Assembly: GCF_036365525.1 (NCBI RefSeq)
Contig: NC_090406.1
Location: 12,824,254-12,888,253, forward strand
Direction of reading: 5' to 3'
Length of the DNA stretch: 64,000 nt
Origin: Heterodontus francisci
Lineage: Eukaryota
A program made the translations under genes and the position numbers. The notes beneath the pieces are model-generated. The model did not search any database. It was given only the letters and a program-made list of their open reading frames with translations, and had not been told where the DNA came from. This document shows positions 25,210 through 37,930 of the stretch, in pieces (positions within the stretch are counted from its first letter, which is position 1; every line of letters begins with the position of its first letter).

Positions 25210-26065
25210 GCCTAAACTGCTGACCCCTCCATTGTCTCTGGTTTGTCACAATGCTTGTCCAACATCCTCCAACTAAATATTGGGAAGATTGAAGCCATTG
25301 TCTTCAGTTCCCACCACAAACTCTGTCCTTTGGCCATCGTTTGCATCCCTGCCAACTGACTGTTGGCAACCTTGGTATTGTGTTTGACCCTGAGATGAGC
25401 TTCCCCCAACGTATCCATTCTATCACCAAGACTGCCTACTTCCACCTCTGTAATAAGCGCCTAACTCCAACACTCATCTGCTGCTGAAATCCTCATCCAT
25501 GATTTTGTTACCTCTAGGGATGACTATTCCAATGCTTTCCTGGCTGACCTAACATCTTCTACCCTCCATAAACCTGTGCTCATCCACACTCTGCTGCCCG
25601 TATCTGAACTAGCACCAAGTCTCGTTCACTCATCATCCCTCTGCTCACTGACCTACAATGGCTCCCAGTCTGACCACACCTCAATTTCAAAATCCTCATC
25701 ATTGTTTTCAAATCTCTTCATGGCCTCACCTTTCCCTATCTTGGTAACTTCCTCCAGCCCCACAGACCTTTGAGATCTTGGCACTCCTTCAGTTCTGGCC
25801 TCTTACTCACCTTCAACTTTAATCGCTCCACCATTGGCAGTTGTGCTTCCAGCTGCCTGGGCCGTAAGCTCTGGAATTCCCTCCCAAAATCTCTCTATCT
25901 CTCTCTTCCCCTTTTAAGATGCTTTTTGTTGGTCATCAGTCCTGATATCTCCTTCTGTGGTTTGGTGTCAAAAATGTTTTTTTAAAATTGATAACCCTCT
26001 TGTTAAGTATCTTGGGACGTTTTGCTAAGGGCGCTCTATAAATGCAAGTCATTGTTGTTGTTGAA
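25210..26065 (+). mobile_element. L2 LINE 3' portion
   Basis: LQLNIGKIEAIVF, LIH..VTSR.DYSN and LH..P remnants, plus tail ctataaatgcaagtcattgttgttg. Confidence 0.82.
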
Positions 26066-26750
26066 GACACAGCTGCCACTGTTGGAGCGAAGAAAATCAG
26101 GGATGCGCAAGAGACCAGAATTGGAGGAGCACAGAGATCTTGGAGGGTAGGAGAAGGCTACAGAGCTAGGGAGGGTGGAGGGGTTTCATAACAAGGATGA
26201 GAATATTAAAATCAATTTACTATATATGTTACGATTGAAAGACTTTATGCAGAAGAGTGAGAAAAGGACAATTATTCTTTGGAACGTCTCAGTTATGTCT
26301 AAATGTTTAGAATGTTGCAGTTGAGAATCCATTGCAGATTGTGGGGATAAGTCTATAGATCCCTGGGTGGGCAAGCAGTGCAAACATTATTCAGTACCTG
26401 CTGTGAACATTAGGTGGTGCCAGTGTTCATTTCCTATTCACTTCTCGGATCTGCCAATGCTGAACAGTTCAAATCAGTGACAAGCATCTAAAAGAGAGGG
26501 AGAACCCAAGTTATTTTGTGAATCCTCTACTTCAGCAGTTAACTTTCTGAATTCTGACCCAACATTTCTTCACACTGTGTTGTGAATATTTTGCAGGTGA
26601 AGTATTTCATTATTCTGTGTGAATTATTTCACAGAATTTATTACTTATGTTATAAATTTGCCTGTTTATTTGGCTGCTGAATATTTAGATGTCGGATGGA
26701 TTTTAAACAAATGTGTTTTTCTTATATATTGTGCACGCATAACAGGTACT

Positions 26751-26764
26751 CTGCCATCTAGTGG
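26751..26764 (-). promoter_or_regulatory. CTCF-binding motif
   Basis: CCACTAGATGGCAG on - strand, a close match to the CTCF core, in unique sequence. Confidence 0.6.
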
Positions 26765-26995
26765 GGAAGCACAATCAGACAGAACAGACTGTACCCAGGC
26801 AGAGTGACACACAAACCAAGCCCATAATTGTGAGCCAGCCTCACAGCTGCTGACTGCAGCCCCTCGCCAGACACAATCTTTCATGGGTTTGCTTTGGCTT
26901 CTTTCATTTCTACATTCTTCTCTTTTTGGGAATGAGGTAAGTCTGTTTTGAATTGAATTGCTCAATATCTACTATGCTAAAGTAGGTTTTACTCT

Positions 26996-27020
26996 ATGTA
27001 TGTGTGTGTGTGTGTGTGTG
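26996..27020. repeat. (GT)n microsatellite
   Basis: Direct reading. Confidence 0.95.
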
Positions 27021-27804
27021 ATTTGCTGCTGCTGCTGTTTTTGTGTGTACATTTCATCAGTAATCTGAAGGCATAGCCTGCCAAGTTCCTCCATAGCTCA
27101 TGAATAATAGCATGAGGCAGCGATGCTTGGCGTTTGTTCTGCTTTGTGATTCTCTTCATCTCCTGCTCTAATCGGTGCTTTTTTTGCGGGTCCAATATTT
27201 CGAACCAGTAAGTGTTTACTATGTGAGCCATAGATTTATGTCCTCTCTATCAACAAGGTAAAATTATGCCTCTGTACGTCACTCGATACATTCGCGCGTG
27301 GAATCATGTTTATGTTTTTGAAGCGAAGGCTTCTCAATTCGTTCCCTTTTTCTCTCTCTCCTCCACACAAAACTAAAATTTGTAGCTGGATTGAAACCCA
27401 TCCCTTACGTTAGGGACTGGAACAGGTAAAAAAAACTGAACATTCTACAAATACAGAATTAGAACTGAAAATTCTGGAAATGTACAGTAGGGCCTCCAAT
27501 GTATGAAATAAATAGAGACTATCAAGTGATTCGGGCAGCGTTCTGACAAAGGTTTTCTATCTTAAAGGTTAGTGTTTTTTTTGAAATGCTGAAGTACCTG
27601 CAGTTATTTCCAGAATTTAAGTTCTTATTTAAGAGCTGTTTTTTGCACTGAGCTAAAGTGTTACTGAAAATTGGGTAATGGGCCAGCTAGTACCCTGCTT
27701 GTTCACAGTCTGGGCACCTTGTATGAAATAAGCATGTCTGGGAAGGAGTAATGTGTTGATGACAAAGGATTGAAGTGCTACAGATACAACATTTATCTGT
27801 GTGG

Positions 27805-28816
27805 TGTTTTGAAAGTATTTCCATTTTTTATTAAATTTTGAGGACTTGTGTTTTCAAACTGAAAAAAAGGATTCCATAGATGTTGGACTTTGTGTTTTCT
27901 TTTTAAAAAGAGGTTACGGAAGGTCTTTTGGACTTGATTTTCAAACAACATGTACTGTAAGTCACCTGTCTTCAGATAAATACCCAGCAGGAGTCTTTTT
28001 GACTTTGGGGAGATGTTTACAGAGAAGTGACAGGTCAAGATTTATAGGGGTCAGGAGGCTTGACTCTTGAGATATTGTTTTGGTTTCACTTTGGACAGTC
28101 AGTTGGAGTTTTACAAATCAACCTGAAGGACAAACCACCCCCAGCTCAGCCTGTTCCATCGCTTTGAAAAGCCTGCCAGCTTTGCCATCTCTTTGAGAAG
28201 CTTTTAGAAGCGAATGTAGGAAATAGAGAAATTGATGCTACATTCGTCCGGAAAGACCTGCTTGAAACCCCGGTTGCCGCATTTCTCCTGAGACGTTGGA
28301 AAAACCTGGAAAATCCTCGATGCCGCTTAAACGAATTGCTCCAGAAAAGGATCCCAGTGACAGCCATCTGTGCATATTTGGGATGCCAAACCAAAAAGGG
28401 ACAATTGACATCTTTCCATATCTTCTCTTTTTTTCTTCAAGAATTAGCAAGTATTTGGCCAAAGTATTCTTTTTTGTCTTTTTTTTGTAACAGAGCTCTA
28501 AAAATAAAATCTCTATTTTTTTCTAGTTAACCGGTGTGTATATGCGTGTATGTGTGGGGCTAAGGTAAAAAGGGAACTTTCATATTTCACTCTGTGTGTT
28601 AATGCTTTGCTTCATTACTGGTTATGTCTTGTTTTATAATAAACTGATAATTTTGTTGTTTATTAAAGAAACCTGGTTGGTGTATTTTATTCTGGGATAA
28701 AAATAGAGTCTATGATTGACTGTATCAGCAACTGGGTAAACATTTAAATTTCTGTTGTCACTTGTGGAGAAGTGGAACTAGAAAAACAGTGCATTCCTTC
28801 CGCCTCAGTTGGAACA
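27805..28816 (+). mobile_element. Solo LTR
   Basis: TGTT...AACA termini, 4-bp TSD GTGG (27801-27804 and 28817-28820), AATAAA at about 28638. Confidence 0.78.
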
Positions 28817-31159
28817 GTGGCAGTGAACAAAAACCGATTGGAAAAAGTGGAAAAAATGCATCATTTCACCTGACACTCTGTCCCCGAACCCCTCAGTTTT
28901 CTTCTCTCTTCCCCTGAACGTCCTAACTCCTTCTGGGCCAAATAGTCCACAGACACAGTCAGCCTTCAGTATCCTTGTCCAACTGCCCTGCCCAATCTGT
29001 GAGCCCAGACAGCGGTAGACTATTTGACTGCAGCGGTCATCATACACCCCACCGCAGTGGTCAACAGGTAGCAATCAGGAGCGGGAATCCTGGATGATAT
29101 GTGCATTCCTTTGCCCAGAAGTGCTGGCTTGGCACAGAGCACCCTTTGAATGCCCAGAGTAACAGACCACTGCACAAAGTAATTCTCTCTAATGGAATAT
29201 CAGAATACTGCAATAAATATGAAATAACTAATGGGCTGCAATCATGCTGTGCAATATAAATAACAAATGAGTAAATGCATTTGGATGGAAATCATATGAA
29301 AGTTCCATACGTGTGTTCTTTCCCCGAGTTTTTGGCTGGAGTTGACTTCTGTTGATTAGGCAGGGAGCAGAGAAACCTGGAGTTTCACAGCTATTGAATT
29401 CATGAGGAATAGTAAGTTTACTGTTTGGTAAACCTCCATTGGAAAGGTGGGGACTGTGCATTGAAAGTTGACAAAAGCACCAAAATGTCAAAGTGCCAAG
29501 TACTGTATTTGGGAGAGAGGCTTTTTTGTATGGCGACACCAATTGCTGAAAATATCAAACAGTTAGAAAGAATTTGCATTTATATAGCACCTTTCACAAC
29601 CTCAGGACATCTCAAAGCACTTTACAGCCAATGAAGTACTGTTTCTGAAGTGTAGTCACTATTGTAATTAGGACTGATAGTAGGAATTACATATAAAACC
29701 TTTCCTTTAATAAAAACTGAAAATGCTGGAAAACACTCAGGCAGCATCTATGATGAGAGATGTATGCAGTTAATGTTTCGGGCTGATGTTCTTTCATCTG
29801 AACAGATGATTGTTAGAAATGAACCGTTTTTTAAGCACAATGGGGTGGAGTGGGAGGTGCGGTTGGTGGCGAGGGGTGTGTGGCTTGCAGGGAATAAACA
29901 AAAGGGAAACGATCAGTGGTAGGATGGAGGGCAGGAGTGATTAAATGAAAAAAGTGACGATGGTGCAAGGCACAAGGATGTGATAATGCAACAAGTATGA
30001 AAACAAAAGATGGGTCCAAACGAAATGTAATTGGCTACAGAACATCCAAGAGAAAATGGGAGCAGTGGTTCATCTAAAGTTGTTAAACTCAATGTTAAGG
30101 CTTTGCTAGAATGGTCTCTGGTTCTGTGCTGTGTTCTGCAAATGGAATTTTATACTGTCAGGGGAGCAGGTTAAAATTCCCCGTGGAGCTTCTGGCAGAT
30201 TTCCAGGGAGTAAGTAACCTGGATGATTTTAATTGCCCACTTATCTGGTTTCTGCTGGATGGGTCAGTTTAAAATCACTCCCTGACCACCACCCCAACCC
30301 ACTCCCCCCAAGTGTCAACGAGGAATCATCACAGCCGAGTCTGATCCTCATTCGCCATTCAGCCATGCAAAACTTTCCATTAGTTATCTATAGGGAGTAA
30401 GATGCCAGGTTCCTAATAGTGCACAGCAAGCGAAAGCTAGGCTGGAAACTGAAAATATCCTTTGATTCTCAAATGGTTAATTTAATTATTATACAGGGAG
30501 GTTGTGACAGAAAATTAACACAGATACAAAAGAATGAAAAGACTCTCTGTGTCCTATTATAGGTTCAGTAAACATATATAATTAATTTACAATTCAGGCT
30601 AAGCTGTGCAATGCGAATTTGGGTACAGATGTCATACAGGAGCTGTGTGCTACTTCCCTCAGGGATTCTACACACTCACAGAGGAGAAGTACCCTGTTTA
30701 CGTGAATTAGTTAACCTCTTTCTCTGTCGAAGTGACCTCAATTCAAAAGTACTTCATTGGCTGTGAAGCTCTTTGGGACGTCCTGAGGTCATGAAATACA
30801 TTACATTAATGAAAGATCTGCCGCTTCTTCTTTCTGACTGCTGGCCCCACTTACAAAGAAGAGGGAAGTTGACAAAATAAGAACACAAACTAGAACTTGC
30901 AATGTTTAGCAACCATTTCTTTGTGTTTCTTTACAAAAACACAATGTGATGATGTAAACTTGTGAATAAAAGCACATTCTCCATCACATGGCAAAAAGAG
31001 AACTCCATACTTAAAGAAAGAAAAATTTGCCAAACAGTTTTTTTCTTAAAGACTTTAACAAAAATACATCAGTGCAACACCTGGCTTAAATCTGCCTGTA
31101 TTATAAAATTGGTGATTCTGCAATATGGCACTCCAGGTAGGGAGCAGGACTTATAGGGA

Positions 31160-31626
31160 CCATGTCTATCACCCGTGTGCTTGCTGATCATCATTGGCTC
31201 CTGGTCAAGCAAAGTCTTGATTTTAAAATTCTCATCCTTGTTTTCAAATCCCTCCAGGACCTTGCCTCTCCCTATCTCTGTAATCTCCTTCGGTCCCACA
31301 ACCCTCCAAGCTATCTGCCCTCCTCTAATTCTGGCCTCTTGTGCATACCCAATTTTAATAGCTCCAGCATTTGTGGCCACTCCTTCAGTTGCCTAGGCCC
31401 TAAGCTCTGGAATATCCTCTCTACACCTCTCTGCCTCTCTACCTCACTTTCCTCCTTTAAGACATTCCTTAAAACCTACCTCTTTGTCCAAACTTTTGGT
31501 CATCTGACCTAATATGTCCTTATGTGTCTTGGGTGTCATATTTTGTTTTATAATACTCCAGTGAAACGCCTTGGGATGTTTTGTTATGTTAAAGAAGCTA
31601 TATAAATGCAGTTGCTGTTGTTGTTG
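31160..31626 (+). mobile_element. L2 LINE 3' end
   Basis: ITRVLADHHWLLVKQSLDFKILILVFKSL...SFSCLGPKLWN...FKTFLKTYLF plus (gtt)n tail. Confidence 0.88.
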
Positions 31627-32029
31627 TACCATCAGTTTAAATTAATGACCAGAAAATCATGGGCTGTGTGCCCGTGGTTTCGCGAAATACATTCCCAGCA
31701 CGTGTCACGCCCGGCTCGGAACACCTAATCATCCCTAAAACATATCAATTTTAAAACATTAAGTGCTTGAAGGCGCTTTAATTGCAGGAATATGGAGAAA
31801 AGGCCTGGAGTGGGATTAATTAGATTGCTTTTTGAAAGAGCTGACACAGACTTGATGGGCTGAATGGCCTCTTCTGTGTTCTATGATTATGTGACACTGT
31901 CAATCTGTAGGGTTATGGCCCTTCATTTGTTTAAAAACTAGGCTTTGGAGTCAACCAGAAGTCAATATTTTCCAATGTGAATTTCCAAAATGGGAGGTAA
32001 GCTTTAAAAGATAGATGAAAAGATAGATA

Positions 32030-32725
32030 GGGCGGCACAGTGGCGCAGTGGTTAGCACCGCAGCCTCACTGCTCCAGGGACCCGGGTTCGATTCTGGGTA
32101 CTGCCTGTACGGAGTTTGTAAGTTCTCCCTGTGACCATGTGGGTTTTCGCCAGGTGCTCTGGTTTCCTCCCACAGCCAAAGACTTGCAGGTGATAGGTAA
32201 ATTGGCCATTGTAAATTGCCCCTAGTGTAGGTAGGTGGTAGGGAATATGGGATTACGGTAGGGTTAGTATAAATGGGACAAAAACAAGAAATGCTGGATT
32301 CACTCAGCAGGTCTGGCAGCATCTGTGGAAAGAGAAGCAGAGTTAACGTTTCGGGTCAGTGACCCTTCTTCGGAACTCAACACCAGGAGGGAAATAGAAA
32401 GCAATGAAGGTGAACAAGGTAAAAGAGACAAACGAAAATCCCGTCGGAGAGAAGAGCAGAACTTCTTCAAGGTAGGCATTCCTGGAAGAGAAGTGGCAGT
32501 GAAGTGTTCCGAAGAAGGGTCACTGACCCGAAACGTTAACTCTGCTTCTCTTTCCACAGATGCTGCCAGACCTGCTGAGTGAATCCAGCATTTCTTGTTT
32601 TTGTTTCAGATTTCCAGCATCCGCAGTATTTTGCTTTTATTTTAGTATAAATGGGTGGTTGTTGGTCGGCACAGACTCGGTGGGCCAAAGGGCCTGTTTC
32701 AGTGCTGTATCTCTAAATAAATAAA
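32030..32725 (+). mobile_element. tRNA-derived V-SINE interrupted by a Penelope insertion
   Basis: A-box TGGCGCAGTGG at 32041, B-box GGTTCGATTC, V-domain; resumes at 32642 and ends in (taaa)n. Confidence 0.9.
32278..32641. mobile_element. Penelope-like insertion with inverted pLTRs, each carrying a hammerhead-like core
   Basis: Perfect 99-bp inverted repeat 32278-32376 / 32506-32604; 14-bp TSD TTAGTATAAATGGG (32264-32277 and 32642-32655); pLTR near-identical to 24561-24700. Confidence 0.88.
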
Positions 32726-33960
32726 TGAAGATATGGAATAGTTTGATAAGGCAAGGGTTAGAAATGAGGGGTAAATAAAATAATTAAAAATAGAAAGACA
32801 GAGATGGAATAAGAAAAAAGACCTGAGTAAATGGAACACAGAGGTGGCATAAGTAAAATGGTTCAAATCTTTTCAATTAACATTATTAACTGTCCTGAGT
32901 TATCTAATAGAGTTACTGCTGATAGCCAAGATTAATTGCTCCAATTTTAAGGTTTTTAAAAAACTATCATGGCTGTCATCAAAAAGTAAAGATAGGCTCA
33001 TGTAGCCTCTACAGGCCAGAAAGGTTCAAGGGGCATCCACCATTGATGAAGCAGCCATCGAGCTTGCTGTCATTTTTGCTACGGCTATTTTTTGACGAGC
33101 TGTCCGATGGGATTAAAGGAACGGCTAAATGATTAATGCTGCTAATATATTCAAGCAGCTAAAGATGGGGCAATTCACAACTAGACTACCTATCTCTGTG
33201 CAGAGGAATGAGGATTTGTATGGGGTGAGAAGAGTGGCCGGGGAAGGGAGAAAGGGCAGCCATGCCTTTTGGATTGCCTAATAAAGTAATAAGTTCAATC
33301 TTGGCTCTGTGCTGAATTAGGTGATCCGAGACAGCATTAGGGGTGTTGCAATTAGTCTCAATGCTCTTGGGCTAGAGTATAGGGAAACATCATCCAGGGT
33401 TTTCACTTCTGCTTGTTATCTAATCAGTCCTGTGAGAAATGGTTGTGTCTGTGGACATGTGCTGAGGACACAATTGTGCTCCCACAGTGGAATAGCTCAC
33501 TGTCTAAACTCATGCAGGAATGGTGAGAGGGCGCCATGCACCACAGCAACTAGGGTGGTAAGAATGGCAATTCAACGAGACAAAATTCGTACACTTCGGA
33601 GAATACTTGCTTTCTGGGTCGTCATTATATTTCACAACTGGTGTGAGATTGCTAAGTGTAAATTGCAATTTGTAGCTGGTAAAACCACTCTGGGCACCAG
33701 GGGAAAGCTCTGCCCAATTGCATTCACACAGATGTGCATGGTTCTGCTCCCTGGTCAGAATTTACTTTTTGAGAGAGCAGGGCTGGACTTTTTAATTTCA
33801 CATAAAACTCTGCTTAAGTTTCAAAGTGCAAGTATAAAAGACCTCTACGACCATTTTTCAAACTTGACTCTAGACTGGAGTTTCTCCTCATGCAGTGTCG
33901 ACACCTCTCTGAGGGAAATCTCATACTGCTCTATTCCTCACTTTGGATTTAGATCAATAA

Positions 33961-34729
33961 TTTTTTTTTTATTTCCAAAATATACTTTATTCATAAAAAT
34001 CTGTAAAGATTACATTGCCAAACAGTTTCAAAACAGCACCAAAAAATACAAACATTGCAAGGGAGATCAGTTTCCTTCAATACTGTCATGAGTTTCTTCA
34101 CAACCCTTCCGATTCACAATTGTCATGTCAATTACAGTTTTACATTTACAGCAATTGAGAATATTAACGATACAGTTCGAGGGGTTTCCCATGGATCCAG
34201 CCCCTCCGTTCAGCTTGGTGGGGGGGGACCTTACACAGTGGTCCTTCCCCATTGAGCCTTTGCTGCGGCTGCCCCAAGCTTTAGTGCGTCCCTCAGCACG
34301 TAGTCCTGGACCTTGGAATGTGCCAGTCTGCAACATTCGGTGGTGGACAACTCTTTGCGCTGGAAGACCAGCAAGTTTCGGGCAGACCAAAGGGCGTCTT
34401 TCACCGAATTGATAGTCCTCCAGCAGCAGTTGATGTTTGTCTCGGTGTGCGTCCCTGGGAACAGCCCGTAGAGCACAGACTCCTGTGTTACAGAGCTGCT
34501 TGGGATGAACCTCGACAAAAACCACTGCATCTCTTTCCACACCTGCTTTGCAAAGACACATTCCAGGAGGAGGTGGGCGACCGTCTCTTCCCCACCACAG
34601 CCACCGTGGGGGCATTGTGCGGAGGGGGCGAGACTTCGGGTGTGCATGAAGGATCTGATGGGGAGGGCCCTTCTCACCACCAGCCAAGCTACGTCTTGGT
34701 GCTTGTTTGAAAGTTCTGGTGATGAGGCA
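33961..34729 (-). mobile_element. L1-clade (Tx1-like) LINE 3' end
   Basis: zf-RVT-type CP..GC..EETVAHLLLEC motif, poly(A) tail (T-run 33961-33970), TSD TTTGGATTTAGATCAATAATT (33942-33962 and 34730-34750). Confidence 0.9.
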
Positions 34730-34849
34730 TTTGGATTTAGATCAATAATTGTTGATGCAAAACAGCAACAGTATAACTGGCTTCTAAAATTTGCCTCAGT
34801 TGTTTCCAGCCAAGGTGCAATAATCACACATCAAAGTAAAACATAAAGC

Positions 34850-35200
34850 AAGGACTGGCATTTATATAGCGTCCTTCTGGATTATCGCTTGACGAGTAGT
34901 CACTGTTGTAATTTAGGAAATTCATACGCAGCAAGGCCCCACACATAGCAATGAGAATAATTTATTTTAGTGAAGTTGGTTGATTGATAGAACATCTCCC
35001 TGCTCAACTTCAAATGGTGCCGTAACAGACAGGACCTTGCTTTAATGTATCATCTGAAAGAGAGCAGGTCTAACAGTGCAGCACTCCCTCAGTATTGCAT
35101 TAAAGTGTCAGACTAGATTATGTGCTCAAGTGGAGCTTTAACCCACCCATGACCTAATGGCTAAGCAGCAAGGGTGTTACCACTGAGCCAAGGCTGACAC
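34850..35200 (-). mobile_element. Deu-domain SINE, degenerate
   Basis: gcatttatatagcg...agtgcagcactccctcagtattgca homology to other copies. Confidence 0.7.
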
Positions 35201-35489
35201 TATATCAGGATGAATAGGAAATTGTTTGAGCCTTTAGAATTCTAAGGTGAGTTGATTTACATTGTTATTAAATCATTGTCATGTAATTCCTCACAAGTCT
35301 TGCCCACGAAAGAGGTGCAGCCTCCTTCTCCATGCTTGGAAGATGAAGATTGTTTTAAAATTGATTGAACTCATAACAATGAGCAGCTCAGTGGCGAAGA
35401 AATAAAATTTTCAGTGCTCCAAGATTCAGAGCTCGCGGAGGCTGGATTTACACTCTTGCTGTAAATCAGAGTATTCTCCAAGTGGTGAG

Positions 35490-36200
35490 AAGCTAGTAAC
35501 TGTAGAGAGCAAAGGGATTTGGGAGTGCAAGTGCACAAATTCATTTAAGGCTAGTAGACAGGTACAAAAAGCAATCAAAAAGGCTAATGAAATGTTGCCC
35601 TTTATTTCCCGGTGGCTGGATTACAATGGGGAGGAACTTATGCTTCAGTTGAACAGAGCCTTGGTTGTATAGACCCTCCCATCTGGAGTACTGCATTCAA
35701 TCTTGGGCAACACACACACACACACACACACAAGAAGGGCATATTAGCCTGGGAGGGAGTGCAGCGCAAATTCAGAATGATACCAGGGTTTAGAGAATTA
35801 ATTAGGAGACAGGTTGAATTGTATTCTCTTGAGTATAGAAGATTGAGAGATGATCAGATTGAGGTGTTTAAAATGTTAAGAAGATTTGATAGGGTAGATA
35901 TTTCCTCCAGTGGGGAATCAAGAACGAAAGAACAAGGGGACATAAATATAAAATTAGAGCAGGGCCATTTAGGAGGGAAATCAGGAATCACTTTTTCACA
36001 CAAAGGGCTGTGGAAATCCAGAATTCACTCCACAAAGTGCTGTGGAATCTGGGTGCCAATTGGAGCTTTCAAGATTGAGATCGATAGATTTTTTTCTAAG
36101 CAACAGTATTAAGGGATATGGCACTAAGGCGGTTAAATGTATTTAATTGAATGGTGCAGTAGGCTTGAGTAGCTGAATGGCCTATTCCAGTTCTTATATA
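35490..36200 (+). mobile_element. Old CR1 3' fragment with an internal (CA)n at about 35710-35732
   Basis: ILAWEGVQRKF..MIPG and LYSLEYRRLRDDQIEVFKML remnants. Confidence 0.8.
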
Positions 36201-36239
36201 TGATGAACCCTTAGCGTTTGCTAAGGAGACCCAGTCATG

Positions 36240-37930
36240 TTTTCACTATAGAGGATACAAGTAACATCCCAGAATTAGCTGTAAGTCAGGAAATGGAAGG
36301 GAGGGAGGAACTCAAGAAAATTACAATCACCAGGGAAGTGGGATTGAACAAATTGTTGGAGCTGCGGGTTGGCAAGTCCTCGAGTCCTGATAGACATCAT
36401 CCTAGGGTACTAAAAGAAGTGACTAGTGAGATAGTTGATGCGTCAGTTTTAATTTTCCAAAATTCTTTAGATTCAGGGAAGGTTCCGTTAGATTGGAAAA
36501 AGGTGAATGTAACTCTTTTATTCAAAAAGGGAGGGAGACAGAAAGCAGGAAACTACAGGCCAGTTAGCTTAACATCTGTCTTAGGGAAAATATTAGAAGC
36601 TCTTATTAAAGACGTTATAGCAGGGCATTTAGAAAAATTGAACGTAATCAGGCAGAGTCAACATGGTTTTGTGACAGGGAAATCATGTTTAACCAATTTA
36701 TTGGAGTTCTTTGAGGGGTTTACATGTGCTGTGGATAAAGGGAAACCAGTGGATGTGTTGAACATAGATTTCCAGAAGACATTTGAAAAGGTGCCACTTC
36801 AAAGGTTGTTGCAGAAAATAAAAGCTCACTGTGTAGGGGGTAACATATTGGCATGGATAGAAGATTGGTCAGCTAACAGGAAACAGAGAGTAGGCATTAA
36901 TGGGTCATTTTCTGGTTGGCAAGATTTAACAAGTGGCGTGCCACGGGGATCTGTGTTGGGGCCTCAACTTTTTACAATTTATTTAAATGACTTAGATTGA
37001 GGGACCAAAGGTATGTTTACTAAATTTGCTGATGACACAAAGATAGGTAGGAAAGTAACTTGTGAAGAGGACATAAGGGGGCTACGAAGGGATATAGATA
37101 GGTTAAGTGAGTGGGCAAAGACCTGGCAAATGGAATATAATGTAGGAAAGTGTGAAATTGTCCACTTTGGCAGGAAGAATAACAAAGAAGCAGATTAACT
37201 ACATGGTGAGTGATTGCAGAGTTCTGAGATGCAGAGGGATCTGGGTGTCCTAGTGCATGAATTGCAAAAGGTTAGTATCCAGGTACAGCACATAATTAGG
37301 AAAGCTAATAGAATGTTATCGTTTATCGTGAGGGGAATTGAAATCAAAAGTAAGGAGGTTATGCTTCAGCTATACAGGGCATTGATGAGGCCATATCTGG
37401 CGTACTGTGTACAGTACTGGTCTCCTTGTTTAAGGAAGGATGGAAATGCATTGGAGGCAGTTCAGAGAAGGTTTACTAGACTGTTACCTAGAATGGGCGG
37501 GCTGTCTTACAAGGAAGGATTGATACAGGCTAGGCTTGTATCTGCTGGAATTTAGAAGAGTAAGAGGCAACTTGATTGAAACAAATAAGATCCTGAGGGG
37601 TCTTAACAGGGTGGATGTGGAAAGCATGTTTCCCCTTGTGGGAGAATCTAGAACCAGGTGTCACTGTTTAAAAATAAGGGATCACTCATTTAAGACAGAG
37701 ATGAGGAGAAATTTTTTCTGAGGGTTGTGAGTCTCTTCCTCAAAAGGCAATGGAAGCAGAGTCTTTGAATATTTTTAAGGCAGAGGTAGATAGATTCTTG
37801 ATAAGCAAGGGGTTATTGGGGGTAGGTGGAAATGTGGAGTAATCAGTTCTGCCAAAACTTATTGAATGGCGGAACAGGCTCGAGGGGCCGAGTGGCCTAC
37901 TCCTGCTCCTAGTTCATATGTCCGTATGTT
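36240..37930 (+). mobile_element. CR1 LINE, 5'-truncated, RT domain with stops and frameshifts
   Basis: NYRPVSLTS, QHGF, GVPRGSVLGP and KFADDTKIG motifs, CR1 3' UTR. Confidence 0.95.

Noticed and set aside
26989-27231. 80-aa - strand ORF (LEQEMKRITKQNKRQ) as a coiled-coil exon
   Set aside because: No recognisable homology, ends in microsatellite, and the strong splice donors in this region are on the + strand
32030-32100. tRNA gene suggested by A and B boxes
   Set aside because: It continues into a V-domain and LINE-like tail and occurs in several copies, so it is a SINE head
32300-32582. Mirror-image 85-aa ORFs on both strands
   Set aside because: Artefact of the perfect inverted repeat
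33321-34091. 256-aa ORF
   Set aside because: GTG start, no recognisable domain, runs across decayed repeat sequence and the antisense Tx1 tail; probably a chance ORF
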